The translations under genes and the position numbers were made by a program. Below are positions 9,362-19,233 of a stretch of DNA of 64,000 nucleotides, one piece after another. The stretch lies in NCBI GenBank assembly GCA_963713975.1, contig OY970218.1:2656001-2720000 (forward strand), read 5' to 3'. Every line of letters begins with the position of its first letter. Position 1 is the first letter of the stretch. This DNA comes from an uncultured Chloroflexia bacterium. GTDB lineage: Bacteria > Chloroflexota > Limnocylindria > Limnocylindrales > CSP1-4. Under the pieces are notes generated by a model. The model made no database searches and was not told where the DNA came from. It saw only the letters and a list, made by a program, of their open reading frames with translations.

Positions 9362-10071
9362 CGGTCTACACCCTGACGATCGACGGCAAGGACGTCGCCG
9401 GCAACGACGGCCAGACGATCATGGACGTGGCCGAGGAGAACGGGATCGATATCCCGGGCCTGTGCCACCTGCCGGGCATCCACGACCGGGGCGCCTGCCG
9501 GCTGTGTGTCGTGGAGATCGCGGGCTCGCCAAAGCTCGCCGCAGCCTGCGTCACCCGGATCACCGAGGGCATGCAGGTGACGGCCCACTCGGAGGCACTG
9601 CTCGAGTACCGGCGCACGGCGACCGAGATGATGTTCCTGGAGCGCAATCACGTATGCGCGGTTTGCGTCGCCAACAACCACTGTGAGTTGCAAGACATGG
9701 CCGACGGGCTCGGCGTCAGCCACTTCGAGCTGCCACGCATCAGCCCCAAGGTCGACATCGATGCCAGCCACCGGCTGTTCGCGATCGATCACAACCGGTG
9801 CATCCTGTGCCTGCGCTGCGTCCGGGTGTGCGACGAGATCGAGGGCGCGCACACGTGGGACGTGATGCAGCGTGGTCTGGAGACCCGGGTCCAGACGGAC
9901 ATGGGCATCCCGTGGGGCGAGTCCCCGACCTGCACCAGCTGCGGCAAATGCGTCCAGGTCTGTCCAACCGGCGCCCTGTTCGAGAAGGGACGGCCGGTTG
10001 CGGCCGGCACCAGGACGACGCGTCCGTTCCTGCCCTGGCTGAGGGTCCGCACCGAGGAGACAGGGCTGTGA
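9358..10071 (+). CDS. hoxU: Diaphorase Fe-S subunit HoxU
   Basis: GACRLC, HxCxxC, CILCLRC and CTSCGKCVQVCP. Confidence 0.93.
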   Translation: MTVYTLTIDGKDVAGNDGQTIMDVAEENGIDIPGLCHLPGIHDRGACRLCVVEIAGSPKLAAACVTRITEGMQVTAHSEALLEYRRTATEMMFLERNHVCAVCVANNHCELQDMADGLGVSHFELPRISPKVDIDASHRLFAIDHNRCILCLRCVRVCDEIEGAHTWDVMQRGLETRVQTDMGIPWGESPTCTSCGKCVQVCPTGALFEKGRPVAAGTRTTRPFLPWLRVRTEETGL

Positions 10072-10598
10072 CCAAACCGCGAGTCGCAACAGTCTGGCTC
10101 GATGGGTGTTCGGGCTGCCACATGTCGCTGGTCGACCTCGACGAGCGGCTGCTCGACATCTTCGAGCGCGCGGACCTCGTCTACGGTCCGTTGGTGGACG
10201 TGAAGGAGTTCCCCGAGAACGTGGACGTGTGCCTGGTGGAGGGTGCTGTCTCCAGCGAGGACGATCTCGAACGGATCCACATCGTGCGCGAGCGGACGAA
10301 GACGCTGATCGCCTTCGGGGACTGCGCCGTCACCTCCAACGTGCCCGGCATGCGGAACCCGATCGGGGTGCAGCCACTCCTGGACCGGGCGTACCTGGAG
10401 AACGCGACCCTGAACCTGATGGTGCCCGACCTCGTCGTGCCCAAGCTGCTGCCGACGTCCCAGCCGGTCAACCGCTTCGTCCACGTGGACATCTTCCTGC
10501 CCGGGTGTCCGCCCAGCGCCGACCTGATCTACACGCTGCTCGACGACCTGCTCTCCGGCAGGACCCCCGAGCTCGTGGGCGCCCGGTTCGGGCGCTGA
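10068..10598 (+). CDS. hoxY: Hydrogenase small subunit HoxY
   Basis: WLDGCSGCHMS, GDCA and PGCPP. Confidence 0.93.
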   Translation: MTKPRVATVWLDGCSGCHMSLVDLDERLLDIFERADLVYGPLVDVKEFPENVDVCLVEGAVSSEDDLERIHIVRERTKTLIAFGDCAVTSNVPGMRNPIGVQPLLDRAYLENATLNLMVPDLVVPKLLPTSQPVNRFVHVDIFLPGCPPSADLIYTLLDDLLSGRTPELVGARFGR

Positions 10599-10608
10599 GG
10601 AGCCCGAG

Positions 10609-12030
10609 ATGAGCCAGACCATCGTCATCGATCCCGTCACCCGGATCGAAGGCCATTCCAAGATCACTATCCAGCTCGACGACCGCGGTGAAGTGGTCGA
10701 CGCGCACTTCCACGTGACCCAGTTCCGCGGCTTCGAGCGGATCGTCCAGGGTCGCCCGGTGCACGAGATGCCGGCGATCATGGCCCGCATCTGCGGGATC
10801 TGCCCGGTGAGCCACCTCGTGGCCTCGGCCAAGGCCGTGGACGACATCATGGCCGTGGAGCCGACGCCGACGGGTGCCGATCTGCGGCGCGTGATCAACC
10901 TGGGCCAGATCGTCCAGTCGAACGCGCTGTCGTTCTTCCACCTGTCCTCGCCGGACCTGCTGTTCGGCTTCGACGCCGATCCGGCGGTGCGCAACATCAT
11001 CGGCGTTGCCCGCAAGAACCCGCAGCTGGCCAAGGACGGCATCGGGCTCCGCAAGTGGGGCCAGCAGATCATCGAGTGGCTCGGCGGCAAGCGGATCCAC
11101 CCCGAGGGCATCGTGCCGGGCGGCGTCGCCTTCCAGCTCACGGAGGAGGTCCGCGACCGGATCCTGGCCGGCGTGCCGGAGGCCATCGCGGCCGTGGAGC
11201 GGGCGATTGCCTGGTACAAGACCGACATGATCCGCTGGGAGGAGGAGGCCGCGACCTTCGGCAACTTCCGCTCGGCGTTCATGGGGCTCGTCGACCGCCA
11301 CGGCAACGTGGACCACTACGGCGGCTGGATGCGCGTGGTGGATGCGGACGGCCACTACCTGGCCGACAAGGTGGACCCCAAGACCTTCAACGACTACATC
11401 GGTGAGGCTGTGGAGCCTTGGTCGTACCTCAAGACGACCTACTGGAAGCCGATGGGCTACCCGGACGGGATCTATCGCGTGGGGCCGCTCGCACGGCTCA
11501 ACGTGGCGGAGCGTTGCGGAACGCCACGCGCCGATGAGGAGCTGGAGAAGTTCCGCTGGCGCGTGGGGCGCGTGGCGCTGTCGTCCTTCCACTACCACTA
11601 CGCGCGACTGATCGACACCCTGAATGCCATCGAGAAGGTCGACGAGCTGCTGCGCGGTCCGGAGATCCTCGGCAAGCACACCCGGTCCGTGGCCGGCATC
11701 AACCGTAACGAGGGGATCGGCGTGTCCGAGGCCCCACGCGGAACCCTGATGCACCACTACAAGGTGGACGACAACGGGCTGGTGGAGTGGGCGAACCTTG
11801 TGATCGCCACCGGCCACAACAACGCGGCCATGAACCGCGCGGTGCTCCAGGTGGCCCGCAAGCACGTCAAGGGGGACCGGCTCGAGGAGCCCATGCTCAA
11901 CCGCGTGGAGGCGGTCATCCGCTGCTACGACCCCTGCCTCTCGTGCTCGACGCACGCCCTTGGACAGATGGCCCTCCGGATCCAGCTGCTGGCCCCGGGA
12001 GGGGAGGTCCTGGGCGAGATCGCCCGCTGA
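10609..12030 (+). CDS. hoxH: Group 3d [NiFe] hydrogenase large subunit HoxH
   Basis: DPVTRIEGH, RICGIC (L1), EAPRG, DPCLSCSTH (L2) with a cleavable tail. Confidence 0.96.
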   Translation: MSQTIVIDPVTRIEGHSKITIQLDDRGEVVDAHFHVTQFRGFERIVQGRPVHEMPAIMARICGICPVSHLVASAKAVDDIMAVEPTPTGADLRRVINLGQIVQSNALSFFHLSSPDLLFGFDADPAVRNIIGVARKNPQLAKDGIGLRKWGQQIIEWLGGKRIHPEGIVPGGVAFQLTEEVRDRILAGVPEAIAAVERAIAWYKTDMIRWEEEAATFGNFRSAFMGLVDRHGNVDHYGGWMRVVDADGHYLADKVDPKTFNDYIGEAVEPWSYLKTTYWKPMGYPDGIYRVGPLARLNVAERCGTPRADEELEKFRWRVGRVALSSFHYHYARLIDTLNAIEKVDELLRGPEILGKHTRSVAGINRNEGIGVSEAPRGTLMHHYKVDDNGLVEWANLVIATGHNNAAMNRAVLQVARKHVKGDRLEEPMLNRVEAVIRCYDPCLSCSTHALGQMALRIQLLAPGGEVLGEIAR

Positions 12031-12032
12031 CG

Positions 12033-12491
12033 ATGGCCGGGCCGGTGCTTGTCGTGGGGTACGGCAACCCGCTGCGCTCCGACGACGGCGTCGGGCCCGC
12101 GGTCGCCGAGCGCCTGGCCGGGGACGCGCGCCTTGTGGGTGTCAGTGTCCGCGCCGAGCACCAGCTGACGCCGGAGCTCGCCTTCGACGCGAGCACGGCG
12201 TCACTCCTCGTCCTGGTGGATGCCAGCGTCGATCAGGCGCCCGGGGTCGTCTCGGTGCGTGAGCTTGAGCCCGATCTCGACCCAGGCACGGCCTGGACGC
12301 ACCACCTCGATCCATCCGGCCTGGTGGGCCTGGCGCGCGAGCTCTGGGGCACGGCGCCGCCCGTGGTCCTCGTCAGCGTCGGCCCGGCCTCGCTCGACCT
12401 CGGGGAGTCGCTGTCCGACATCGTGGCGGCCGCCGTCCCGCGCGCCGCCGACGCGGTCGTCGCCATCGTGGAGGAGCACGGCCGTGCATGA
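12033..12491 (+). CDS. hoxW: Hydrogenase maturation protease (HoxW-like)
   Basis: VGYGNPLRSDDGVG, VDA and THH motifs; follows hoxH. Confidence 0.88.
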   Translation: MAGPVLVVGYGNPLRSDDGVGPAVAERLAGDARLVGVSVRAEHQLTPELAFDASTASLLVLVDASVDQAPGVVSVRELEPDLDPGTAWTHHLDPSGLVGLARELWGTAPPVVLVSVGPASLDLGESLSDIVAAAVPRAADAVVAIVEEHGRA

Positions 12492-12825
12492 GGTTGGCCT
12501 GGTCGCGGAGCTGGTCGACGCGGCCGTGGACCGGTCCGGTGGCGCTCCGGTCGCCGTGGTCCGCGTGCGTCGGGCCACGACCATCCCGGATGACGTCCTC
12601 CGCCAGGCATTCGCGATGCTCGTGCCGGGCGGCCCGCTCGAGGAGGCCGTGCTGGAGGTCGAGACGTTCGACGTGCGTCTCGCGTGCAGTTGCGGCTTCG
12701 ATGGCGCGCTGGAGCACGACGACGTGATCGGGCCATCACAGGCCGTATGCCCCGGCTGCAGCGAGCTGCGGGGCATCCCGCCCACCGCCGAGCTCGAGCT
12801 CCTGGAGGTCCGGCCCGCGGAGTGA
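12484..12825 (+). CDS. hypA: Hydrogenase nickel metallochaperone HypA
   Basis: N-terminal MHE, CxC...CxxC zinc site; GTG start. Confidence 0.8.
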   Translation: MHEVGLVAELVDAAVDRSGGAPVAVVRVRRATTIPDDVLRQAFAMLVPGGPLEEAVLEVETFDVRLACSCGFDGALEHDDVIGPSQAVCPGCSELRGIPPTAELELLEVRPAE

Positions 12826-13046
12826 CCGTGCCGCCGTGAGGCGGGACGCCGGTGCATCCCGGCACCGATTCCTGCGCAGGCGGCGTGCAACCGTGTCACA
12901 GCCGATGAACAATGCGTGTTGGCGCCCGATCCGGGCTTCCTGGCATCCGGGCGCCTGCCCGGGGGCCGGTGATCGCGATCGATCGACGCATGGTTGTGCC
13001 CCCAAGCGCCGCTCGCGCGGTCCCGGCCCCGACGGGGCCCTGCTCC

Positions 13047-13082
13047 TTCTCGTGCTCGACCCCCGTTTCTCGTGCTCGACCC
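13047..13082 (+). repeat. 16-bp direct repeat with 20-bp period
   Basis: TTCTCGTGCTCGACCC at 13047 and 13067. Confidence 0.85.
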
Positions 13083-13244
13083 GTCCGCGCGCTCGCCACC
13101 GGCGTCATTGGTACCACCGGGTAGACGAGAGTACGGCTTGGCGAATCTGCCCTGCACCCGGACACTCCCATCAACAGCGGGCCGGACCGCACCGCAGTGC
13201 CCCTCCCGGGCGCCCGGCTCCACGAGTGACAGAGGCAGACCCAC

Positions 13245-13439
13245 ATGGCGTCAATGGCGATCAACGATCTTGGACCCATGCTCACCGCGAGCGAAGTGGC
13301 TGAGATGCTCCACCTCCACGTGAACACCGTGAAGCGCCTGGGTGATCGCGGCGAGCTACCGTTCTATCGCGTCTGCAAGCGTGGCGATCGGCGGTTCCGC
13401 CTGGAAGACGTCATGGCGTTCCTGGCGCGCAACCGCTGA
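13245..13439 (+). CDS. Small excisionase/BldC-like helix-turn-helix protein
   Basis: MLTASEVAEML-H-NTVKR...GELP...GDRRF HTH_17 pattern. Confidence 0.88.
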   Translation: MASMAINDLGPMLTASEVAEMLHLHVNTVKRLGDRGELPFYRVCKRGDRRFRLEDVMAFLARNR

Positions 13440-13452
13440 TCCGGCGTTCGGG

Positions 13453-14757
13453 TCAGGCCCTCAGCGCATCCTCGAAGATCCGCAGCGCCTCTTCGACCTC
13501 GGGCACGGTCACGTCAAGCGGCGGGATCCAGCGCACGACCTGGTGCTGGATGCCGCAGTTCAGGATCAGCAGCCCAGCCTCGGCGGCCCGCGCTGCAACG
13601 GCTTCGGATGCGGCTCCGTCGGGTTCGCGCGTCGCCCGGTCCTTCACGAACTCCACGCCGATCATCAGGCCGCGCCCACGGACGTCGCCGATGCCCTGGA
13701 AGTCCGCCATCAGTTCCCGCAGGCCGCCGGCCAGCTCGGTGCCCCGGAGGCGGGCGTTGGCGACCAGGTCCTCGTCGTGGATCGTCTCGAGCACCGCGAC
13801 ACCGGCCGCGCAGGCAACCGGGTTGCCGCCGTACGTCGTCCCGTGGGCGCCGCGGCCCCACTGCTCCTGGAGATCCCTGCTGGTGACGATCGCGGACAGC
13901 GGCAGGCCGTTGGCGATCGCCTTGGCCACGCAGACCACGTCCGGGACGATGCCCGCATGCTCGAACGCCCACATCTCGCCGGTGCGCCCGAAGCCCGACT
14001 GGACCTCGTCCGCGATGAGCAGGATGCCGTGCTCGTCGCAGATGTCGCGCAGGGACCGGAGGAACGCGACCGGGGCCGGGTAGTAGCCGCCTTCGCCCTG
14101 GACCGGCTCGATCAGGATCGCCGCGACCTGCGATGGCGCGACCGTGGTGGCCAGCAGGTCGTGGAGGTAGTCGAGGCAGGCCCCGGTCGCCGCATCCTCG
14201 TCGTCCTCGAAGTCGCGGTAAGCGGCAGGGTAGGGGAGCTGGTAGATCGACGGGAGCAGCGGCTCGTAGCCGCGCCGGTAGTTGAGCGAGGAGCTTGTGA
14301 CGCTCGTCGCGCCGATGGTGCGGCCGTGGAACGCGCCCCGGAAGGCGAGGATCGCCGGCCGACCCGTCACCCGGCGGGCGAGCTTGATCGCTCCGTCGAT
14401 CGTCTCTGAACCGGAGTTGAGGAACAGCACGGCCTCGAGTGGAGCCGGGAAGGTGTCGGCCAGCATTCGGGCCAGCCGCACGGTTGACTCCGCGAACCCG
14501 ATGGCATGGACGGGCCCGATCAGCCTGTCCACCTGCTCGTGGATCGCCGCCGTCACACGGGGGTGCGTGTGCCCCAGGGCCGTGACGGCGATGCCGTTGG
14601 CGAAGTCGAGATAGGCGCGGCCGGCCGTGTCGTACAGCCGGTGACCGATGCCGTGGGACCAGCTCCGGTCCATGTACCGGCCCAGGACCGGCGACATGTT
14701 CGGGCCGGCCAGGGTTGCGAGATCGAGGGCGTCGGGAGCGGGGTCGATGGTGTCCAC
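13453..14757 (-). CDS. Class III PLP aminotransferase (GABA/5-aminovalerate type)
   Basis: NSGSE, FHGRT, EPVQGEGG, DEVQSGFGRTG, AKAIANG, HGTTYGGNP; start at GTG 14757 (alternative 14793). Confidence 0.9.
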   Translation of the reverse strand: MDTIDPAPDALDLATLAGPNMSPVLGRYMDRSWSHGIGHRLYDTAGRAYLDFANGIAVTALGHTHPRVTAAIHEQVDRLIGPVHAIGFAESTVRLARMLADTFPAPLEAVLFLNSGSETIDGAIKLARRVTGRPAILAFRGAFHGRTIGATSVTSSSLNYRRGYEPLLPSIYQLPYPAAYRDFEDDEDAATGACLDYLHDLLATTVAPSQVAAILIEPVQGEGGYYPAPVAFLRSLRDICDEHGILLIADEVQSGFGRTGEMWAFEHAGIVPDVVCVAKAIANGLPLSAIVTSRDLQEQWGRGAHGTTYGGNPVACAAGVAVLETIHDEDLVANARLRGTELAGGLRELMADFQGIGDVRGRGLMIGVEFVKDRATREPDGAASEAVAARAAEAGLLILNCGIQHQVVRWIPPLDVTVPEVEEALRIFEDALRA

Positions 14758-14856
14758 GATCCGAGTATAGGGACGCGCGACGGGCGCGGGCATCGCGGCC
14801 GACCGGCGGTAGGATGCCCCGAGGCCGTCCACGCCACGCCACCAGAGGCACCACCC

Positions 14857-16062
14857 GTGATCGACTTCACGCTCAGCGACGAGAGCCGCCTCGTCCGCGA
14901 CGCAGCCCGCGCCTTCGTCGAGGCCGAGATCCTGCCCTCCATCCGGGAGTGGGACGCCGGCGGGGAGGTCCACCGGGAAGTCTTCACGAAGATGGGCGAG
15001 CTGGGATTCCTCGGGGCGCCCATCCCGGAGCAGTACGGCGGCCTTGGCATGGACTACATCAGCTTCGCGCTGCTGTGCGAGGAGCTGGAGCGCGGTGACA
15101 CGGCGTTCCGCGTGGTCCAGAGCGTCCACGTGGGCCTCAACAGCCTGACGCTGCTCCAGTGGGGATCCGAGGAGCAGCGCCTGCGCTGGCTGGTGCCCCA
15201 GGCGAAGGGCGAGAAGCTGGCAACCTTCGCTCTCACGGAACCCGGGGTCGGGACGGACGCAGGCAGCCTCGCGACCACGGCGCGACGGGACGGCGACAGC
15301 TATGTCCTCAACGGGCACAAGATCTGGATCTCGCTGGCGGACATCGCGGACCACTTCCTCGTCTTCGCCAGCGTCGACCGGGCCAAGCGCCACAAGGGCA
15401 TCACTGCTTTCATGGTGGAGCGCGGGATGCCGGGCCTGACGACCGGGACGCTGCACGGAAAGCTCGGCATCCACGCGGGCAACACAGGTTTGCTCGACTT
15501 CGAGAACCTGCGTGTGCCGCTGGAGAACCGGATCGGCGAGGAGGGCGAGGGCTTCCTTGTCGCCATGAGCGCCATCGACCAGGGCCGGTACACCGTGGCG
15601 GCCGGCGCGGTCGGCCTTGCCCAGGCCTGCCTGGACGCGTCGCTCAAGTACGCCCACGAGCGCGAGACCTTCGGCCAGGAGATCGGCCGGCACCAGCTCG
15701 TGAAGCAGATGATCGCGAACATGGCGAAAGGGACCGAGATCGGCCGGCTGCTCGTGTGGCAGGCAGGCTGGCTCAAGAACCAGGGCCTGCGCAACACGCG
15801 CGAGACATCGCTGGCGAAGTGGCACGCAACCGATCACTCCGTGCAGGCCGCGCTCGATGCGATCCAGATCCACGGGGCCAACGGCTACTCCAACGAGTTC
15901 CCCGTGGAGCGCTACCTGCGCAACTCGAAGGCCGCCGTGATCTATGAGGGAACCAGCCAGTTGCACACCCTCATCCAGGCCGACTACGCCCTGGGCTATC
16001 GCGAGGACCGTCCGATCCGCTGTGAGCCCTGGCCGGCGCAGGGCTACAAGCGGCAGGGCTGA
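14857..16062 (+). CDS. Acyl-CoA dehydrogenase (glutaryl-CoA dehydrogenase-like)
   Basis: FALTEP, NGHKIWIS, RETFG, QIHGANG and IYEGT motifs. Confidence 0.9.
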   Translation: MIDFTLSDESRLVRDAARAFVEAEILPSIREWDAGGEVHREVFTKMGELGFLGAPIPEQYGGLGMDYISFALLCEELERGDTAFRVVQSVHVGLNSLTLLQWGSEEQRLRWLVPQAKGEKLATFALTEPGVGTDAGSLATTARRDGDSYVLNGHKIWISLADIADHFLVFASVDRAKRHKGITAFMVERGMPGLTTGTLHGKLGIHAGNTGLLDFENLRVPLENRIGEEGEGFLVAMSAIDQGRYTVAAGAVGLAQACLDASLKYAHERETFGQEIGRHQLVKQMIANMAKGTEIGRLLVWQAGWLKNQGLRNTRETSLAKWHATDHSVQAALDAIQIHGANGYSNEFPVERYLRNSKAAVIYEGTSQLHTLIQADYALGYREDRPIRCEPWPAQGYKRQG

Positions 16063-16285
16063 CCATCGGGGTTGCCCGCGGGCACCGTTGTCGGTCCGGT
16101 GGGCGCCTTCTCCCGCCACGACGGGCAGTCTGGTGCGGTGAGGTCCGGTCCTGCCGAGTACTGCTCGCGCACCTTGGGCAGTACCATTCGGCCTGTACTC
16201 ATTGGATCCGGCACGTTTCATGGCCGGCACCGGCGGCGGAGCTCAGGGACCGCCCGCGGGGAGAACGACGAGGGAGGTATTGCAG

Positions 16286-17101
16286 ATGACTCGGGGATCC
16301 GCACTCAATCGGGATGCGAGGCGTGGAGGGATCCGCTCCATGCTCGCCACAATCATGGCTGGGGCGCTGCTGCTGGTGTTTGCCGGTAGCGCGATGGCGC
16401 ACACGCCCAGCGCCACGCTGACCTGCCAGGACGGCCTCAAGGTCGACCTGCTCTACTACGCCAACTCCAACCCCGCCAGGAACACCGTGGCCGTCTCGAT
16501 CGACGGGATCGCGGTCAGCGGCTCGCCGTTCACGTTCGGCACGACGTTCCACGGCCAGTGGGCGGTGTTGCCGGCGACGGCGGCGCACACGGCCAAGGTC
16601 GTGATCGACGCCTGGGACGGCAGCCACGGCACCCAGTACGACAAGACGTACAACCTGCAGATCGGCGTCTGCCAGCAGCCGACCCCGACTCCGACGGTCG
16701 CGCCCACGCCCACGCCCACGCCGACGGTCGCGCCCACGCCCACGCCGACGGTCGCGCCGACCCCGACTCCGACGGTCGCGCCCACGCCCACGCCGACGGT
16801 CGCCCCGACCCCGACCCCGACGGTCGCGCCGACCCCGACCCCGACGGAAACGCCGACGGAGACCCCAACGGAAACGCCGACGGAGACTCCCATCGAGCCG
16901 ACCCCAACCCCGTCAGGCGACGTTGGGGGAGCCACCGGGACACCCGCACCGACGTCCAGCCCGGGCGTGACCCCGCCCTCGACGGATGGCGTGACCCCGG
17001 GTGACACGGGCAGCGGTCCCGGCGCGGGCCTGGCGCTCGTGCTCATCCTGCTCGCGGGTTCGTCGCTCGCCCTCCTCCCGGCTGCGAACCGCCGTCGCTA
17101 G
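16286..17101 (+). CDS. Secreted Pro/Thr-rich surface protein with C-terminal sorting signal
   Basis: GGGAGG RBS, signal peptide ending AMA, small Cys-bracketed beta domain, PT repeats, PPSTD + hydrophobic helix + RRR. Confidence 0.85.
   Translation: MTRGSALNRDARRGGIRSMLATIMAGALLLVFAGSAMAHTPSATLTCQDGLKVDLLYYANSNPARNTVAVSIDGIAVSGSPFTFGTTFHGQWAVLPATAAHTAKVVIDAWDGSHGTQYDKTYNLQIGVCQQPTPTPTVAPTPTPTPTVAPTPTPTVAPTPTPTVAPTPTPTVAPTPTPTVAPTPTPTETPTETPTETPTETPIEPTPTPSGDVGGATGTPAPTSSPGVTPPSTDGVTPGDTGSGPGAGLALVLILLAGSSLALLPAANRRR
16679..16912 (+). repeat. Coding tandem repeats (PTPTPTVA, ~24-bp units; then TETP)
   Basis: Repeated CCGACGGTCGCGCCCACGCCCACG-like units. Confidence 0.9.
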
Positions 17102-17131
17102 CTGATCGGCGGCGTCGCCGCCCACACGAAC

Positions 17132-17190
17132 GAGCCCCCGCCCGGGGTCCGGAGCCAACTCGGCTCCCTTCCCGGGGCGGGGGCTTTCTC
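17132..17190 (+). terminator. Long GC hairpin terminator between convergent genes
   Basis: AGCCCCCGCCCGGG...CCCGGGGCGGGGGCT-TTCTC with inner GGAGCC/GGCTCC hairpin. Confidence 0.7.
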
Positions 17191-17234
17191 GTGCCGCGGG
17201 CGCTCTGCCCGGGAGTGCCGAGGACCAGCGGTGA

Positions 17235-18248
17235 TCAGCGCAGGCTGGCCGGCTCCGGGACCGGGCCGCCCGTCTCAGCCCGCGGGCTGCCACCATCGGT
17301 CGGGGGATCGAGGGATCGTGCCGGCTCAGTGTCTGCAGAGACGCTTGCCCGCCCTCGCGCCGTGACGATCAGCACGACCGCCACAAGGATCACCACCGAC
17401 GCAACGAGGGTCCTCTCCGTCAGCGTCTCGCCCAGGATGAGCCAGCCGAGGATCACAGCGACCACAGGGTTGACGTAGGCGTATGTCGACACCCGGCGGA
17501 GCGGCGCGACGGTGAGGAGCCACGCGAACGTGGTGAACCCGACCAGGCTGCCGACCACCACGAGGTAGACGATCCCGAACCAGCTGGTCGCCGACACGGC
17601 CGACAGCTCGAAGCCGGCCGTCTCGCCCGTGACGAGCGCGGCAACGAGGAATGCGATGCCGCCAGCGACCATCTGGAGGCCGGTCGAGAACAGCACAGGC
17701 CGGGGCAGGACGGCCCGTTTCGCCGCGTACAGCGTCCCCATCGACCATAAGAGGGGCGACACGATGAGTGCCAGCAGGCCGGCCGGGTCCAGGTCGCCGG
17801 CACCACCCGCCGGCCACGCGAGGATCGCCACGCCGACGAGGCCGACGGCGATGCCGATCGTGGCCACTGCCGGCATACGGTCACCGAACAGGATCCGGCC
17901 GAAGATCGCGAGCCACATCGGGACGAGGGCCACGAGGATCGCCGCGATGCCCGTCGGGATGGTCTGCTGCCCCCATGCCACGAGGCCGGTCCCGCCGAGC
18001 AGGAGCAGGGCCCCCACGATGGCGGCGTCCCGGACCTGCACGCCCGTCGGCCTGCTGATGCTGCCTCGAGACCGGATGGCGACCCCGCCCGCCAGGAGGA
18101 TCCCCGCGGGCACGAACCGGATGAAGCCCATCACGAAGGGAGGGATCGTGTCGATCGCCAGCTTCATCCCGAGATACGTGGATCCCCAGACGATATAGAG
18201 CACGATGAGGCCGGACCAGACGGCGAGAGGGCTGGGGCTTGACCGCAT
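17235..18248 (-). CDS. EamA/DMT family transporter (YedA-like)
   Basis: YIVWGSTY, about 10 TM helices, STYAYVNPVVAVILG. Confidence 0.92.
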   Translation of the reverse strand: MRSSPSPLAVWSGLIVLYIVWGSTYLGMKLAIDTIPPFVMGFIRFVPAGILLAGGVAIRSRGSISRPTGVQVRDAAIVGALLLLGGTGLVAWGQQTIPTGIAAILVALVPMWLAIFGRILFGDRMPAVATIGIAVGLVGVAILAWPAGGAGDLDPAGLLALIVSPLLWSMGTLYAAKRAVLPRPVLFSTGLQMVAGGIAFLVAALVTGETAGFELSAVSATSWFGIVYLVVVGSLVGFTTFAWLLTVAPLRRVSTYAYVNPVVAVILGWLILGETLTERTLVASVVILVAVVLIVTARGRASVSADTEPARSLDPPTDGGSPRAETGGPVPEPASLR

Positions 18249-18402
18249 ATCCTGGTGCGTGCTCCTGCTCCGGGGAAGGCCGAGTGTAACGGCGGTGACG
18301 GACCTTGCGCTACCCGAGTAGGCCAAGTTGCGACAAGGTTGCGGCGACGGTGGGACAGCCCGGAAGGTTCGGATCGACTGCGTTCGGCAGGCGGAGGTCG
18401 TC

Positions 18403-19233
18403 CTAGGCGGCCGGCTCGAGCGCCGTCGGCCGGCAGACCTTGCACGGACGGTATCCGGCCTCCCCGGCGGCGCGGAGCGACCTGAACGACACTCGATAGC
18501 GGGGCTGCGTCCGGCGGGCGTGGCGGCAGGTGGGCCAGCACACGATCCGCGTCGTCTTCGAGCCCGTGAGGCGTTCGCCGCGGCGGGCGGCGTCCTCCAG
18601 GGCAGCCGGGTCGAGGCCCTCCGACTCGAGGATCGTGCGCTTGTTGCCGGGTCCGCCCAGGCTGTACTGGCCGATCGTGCCGTCCGTCCGGACGACGCGG
18701 TGGCAGGGCACGATGAGCGGTACCGGGTTGTGGCCGAGCGCCGTCCCGACGGCTCGAACCGCCTTCGGCCGCCCGATCTCCGCCGCGATCCAGCCGTACG
18801 GCCGCACCTCGCCCGGTGGGATCTCGAGCGCCTTGCTCCACACCGCCACCTCGAACTCGGTCCGGCCCCGCAGGTCGAGCGGGATCCGGACCCGTCGCTC
18901 TCCGGCCAGGCGGCGGGCGATCGCATCGGCGAGGGCATCGGGGAGGGCGTCGGCCGGCAGCGTTCGCCGCCCGGAACGTGCCTCGTGTCGAGCGAGGGCC
19001 TCTCCACCGTCGGCCGCAAGCTCGACCTCCGCGACGCCGCGACCGTTCCACGCGACCCACAGCGTGCCGATGGGGGAGGGGACGGGCGCCATGCGATCGA
19101 CCAGCCCGACCTCCACGAGCACGTCCTCGGCGAGCCCCGTCGGTGCAGGGACGGCCAGGGCAGCGAGACGGCCGGCTCCGTCGTCGTAGGCATCGAGTGG
19201 CGTGGATGGGTTGGTTCGGGGCGAGCGGGTCAT
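18403..19233 (-). CDS. ogt: Methylated-DNA-protein-cysteine methyltransferase with C-terminal Ada Zn domain
   Basis: RAVGTA...NP..IVPCHRV active site; C-terminal CWPTC...GYRPCKVC. Confidence 0.92.
   Translation of the reverse strand: MTRSPRTNPSTPLDAYDDGAGRLAALAVPAPTGLAEDVLVEVGLVDRMAPVPSPIGTLWVAWNGRGVAEVELAADGGEALARHEARSGRRTLPADALPDALADAIARRLAGERRVRIPLDLRGRTEFEVAVWSKALEIPPGEVRPYGWIAAEIGRPKAVRAVGTALGHNPVPLIVPCHRVVRTDGTIGQYSLGGPGNKRTILESEGLDPAALEDAARRGERLTGSKTTRIVCWPTCRHARRTQPRYRVSFRSLRAAGEAGYRPCKVCRPTALEPAA

Noticed and set aside
6990-13439. hox cluster as an intact integrative element
   Set aside because: No integrase, no distal att repeat and no visible composition shift
14758-16230. N-terminal extension of the 925-aa minus-strand ORF
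   Set aside because: Antisense shadow of the acyl-CoA dehydrogenase; the aminotransferase begins near 14757
16679-16912. CRISPR-like periodic repeats
   Set aside because: In-frame Pro/Thr codon repeats with no unique spacers and no cas genes
18249-19193. Apparent 652-aa EamA fusion
   Set aside because: The extension is an off-frame overlap with ogt; the real start is 18248
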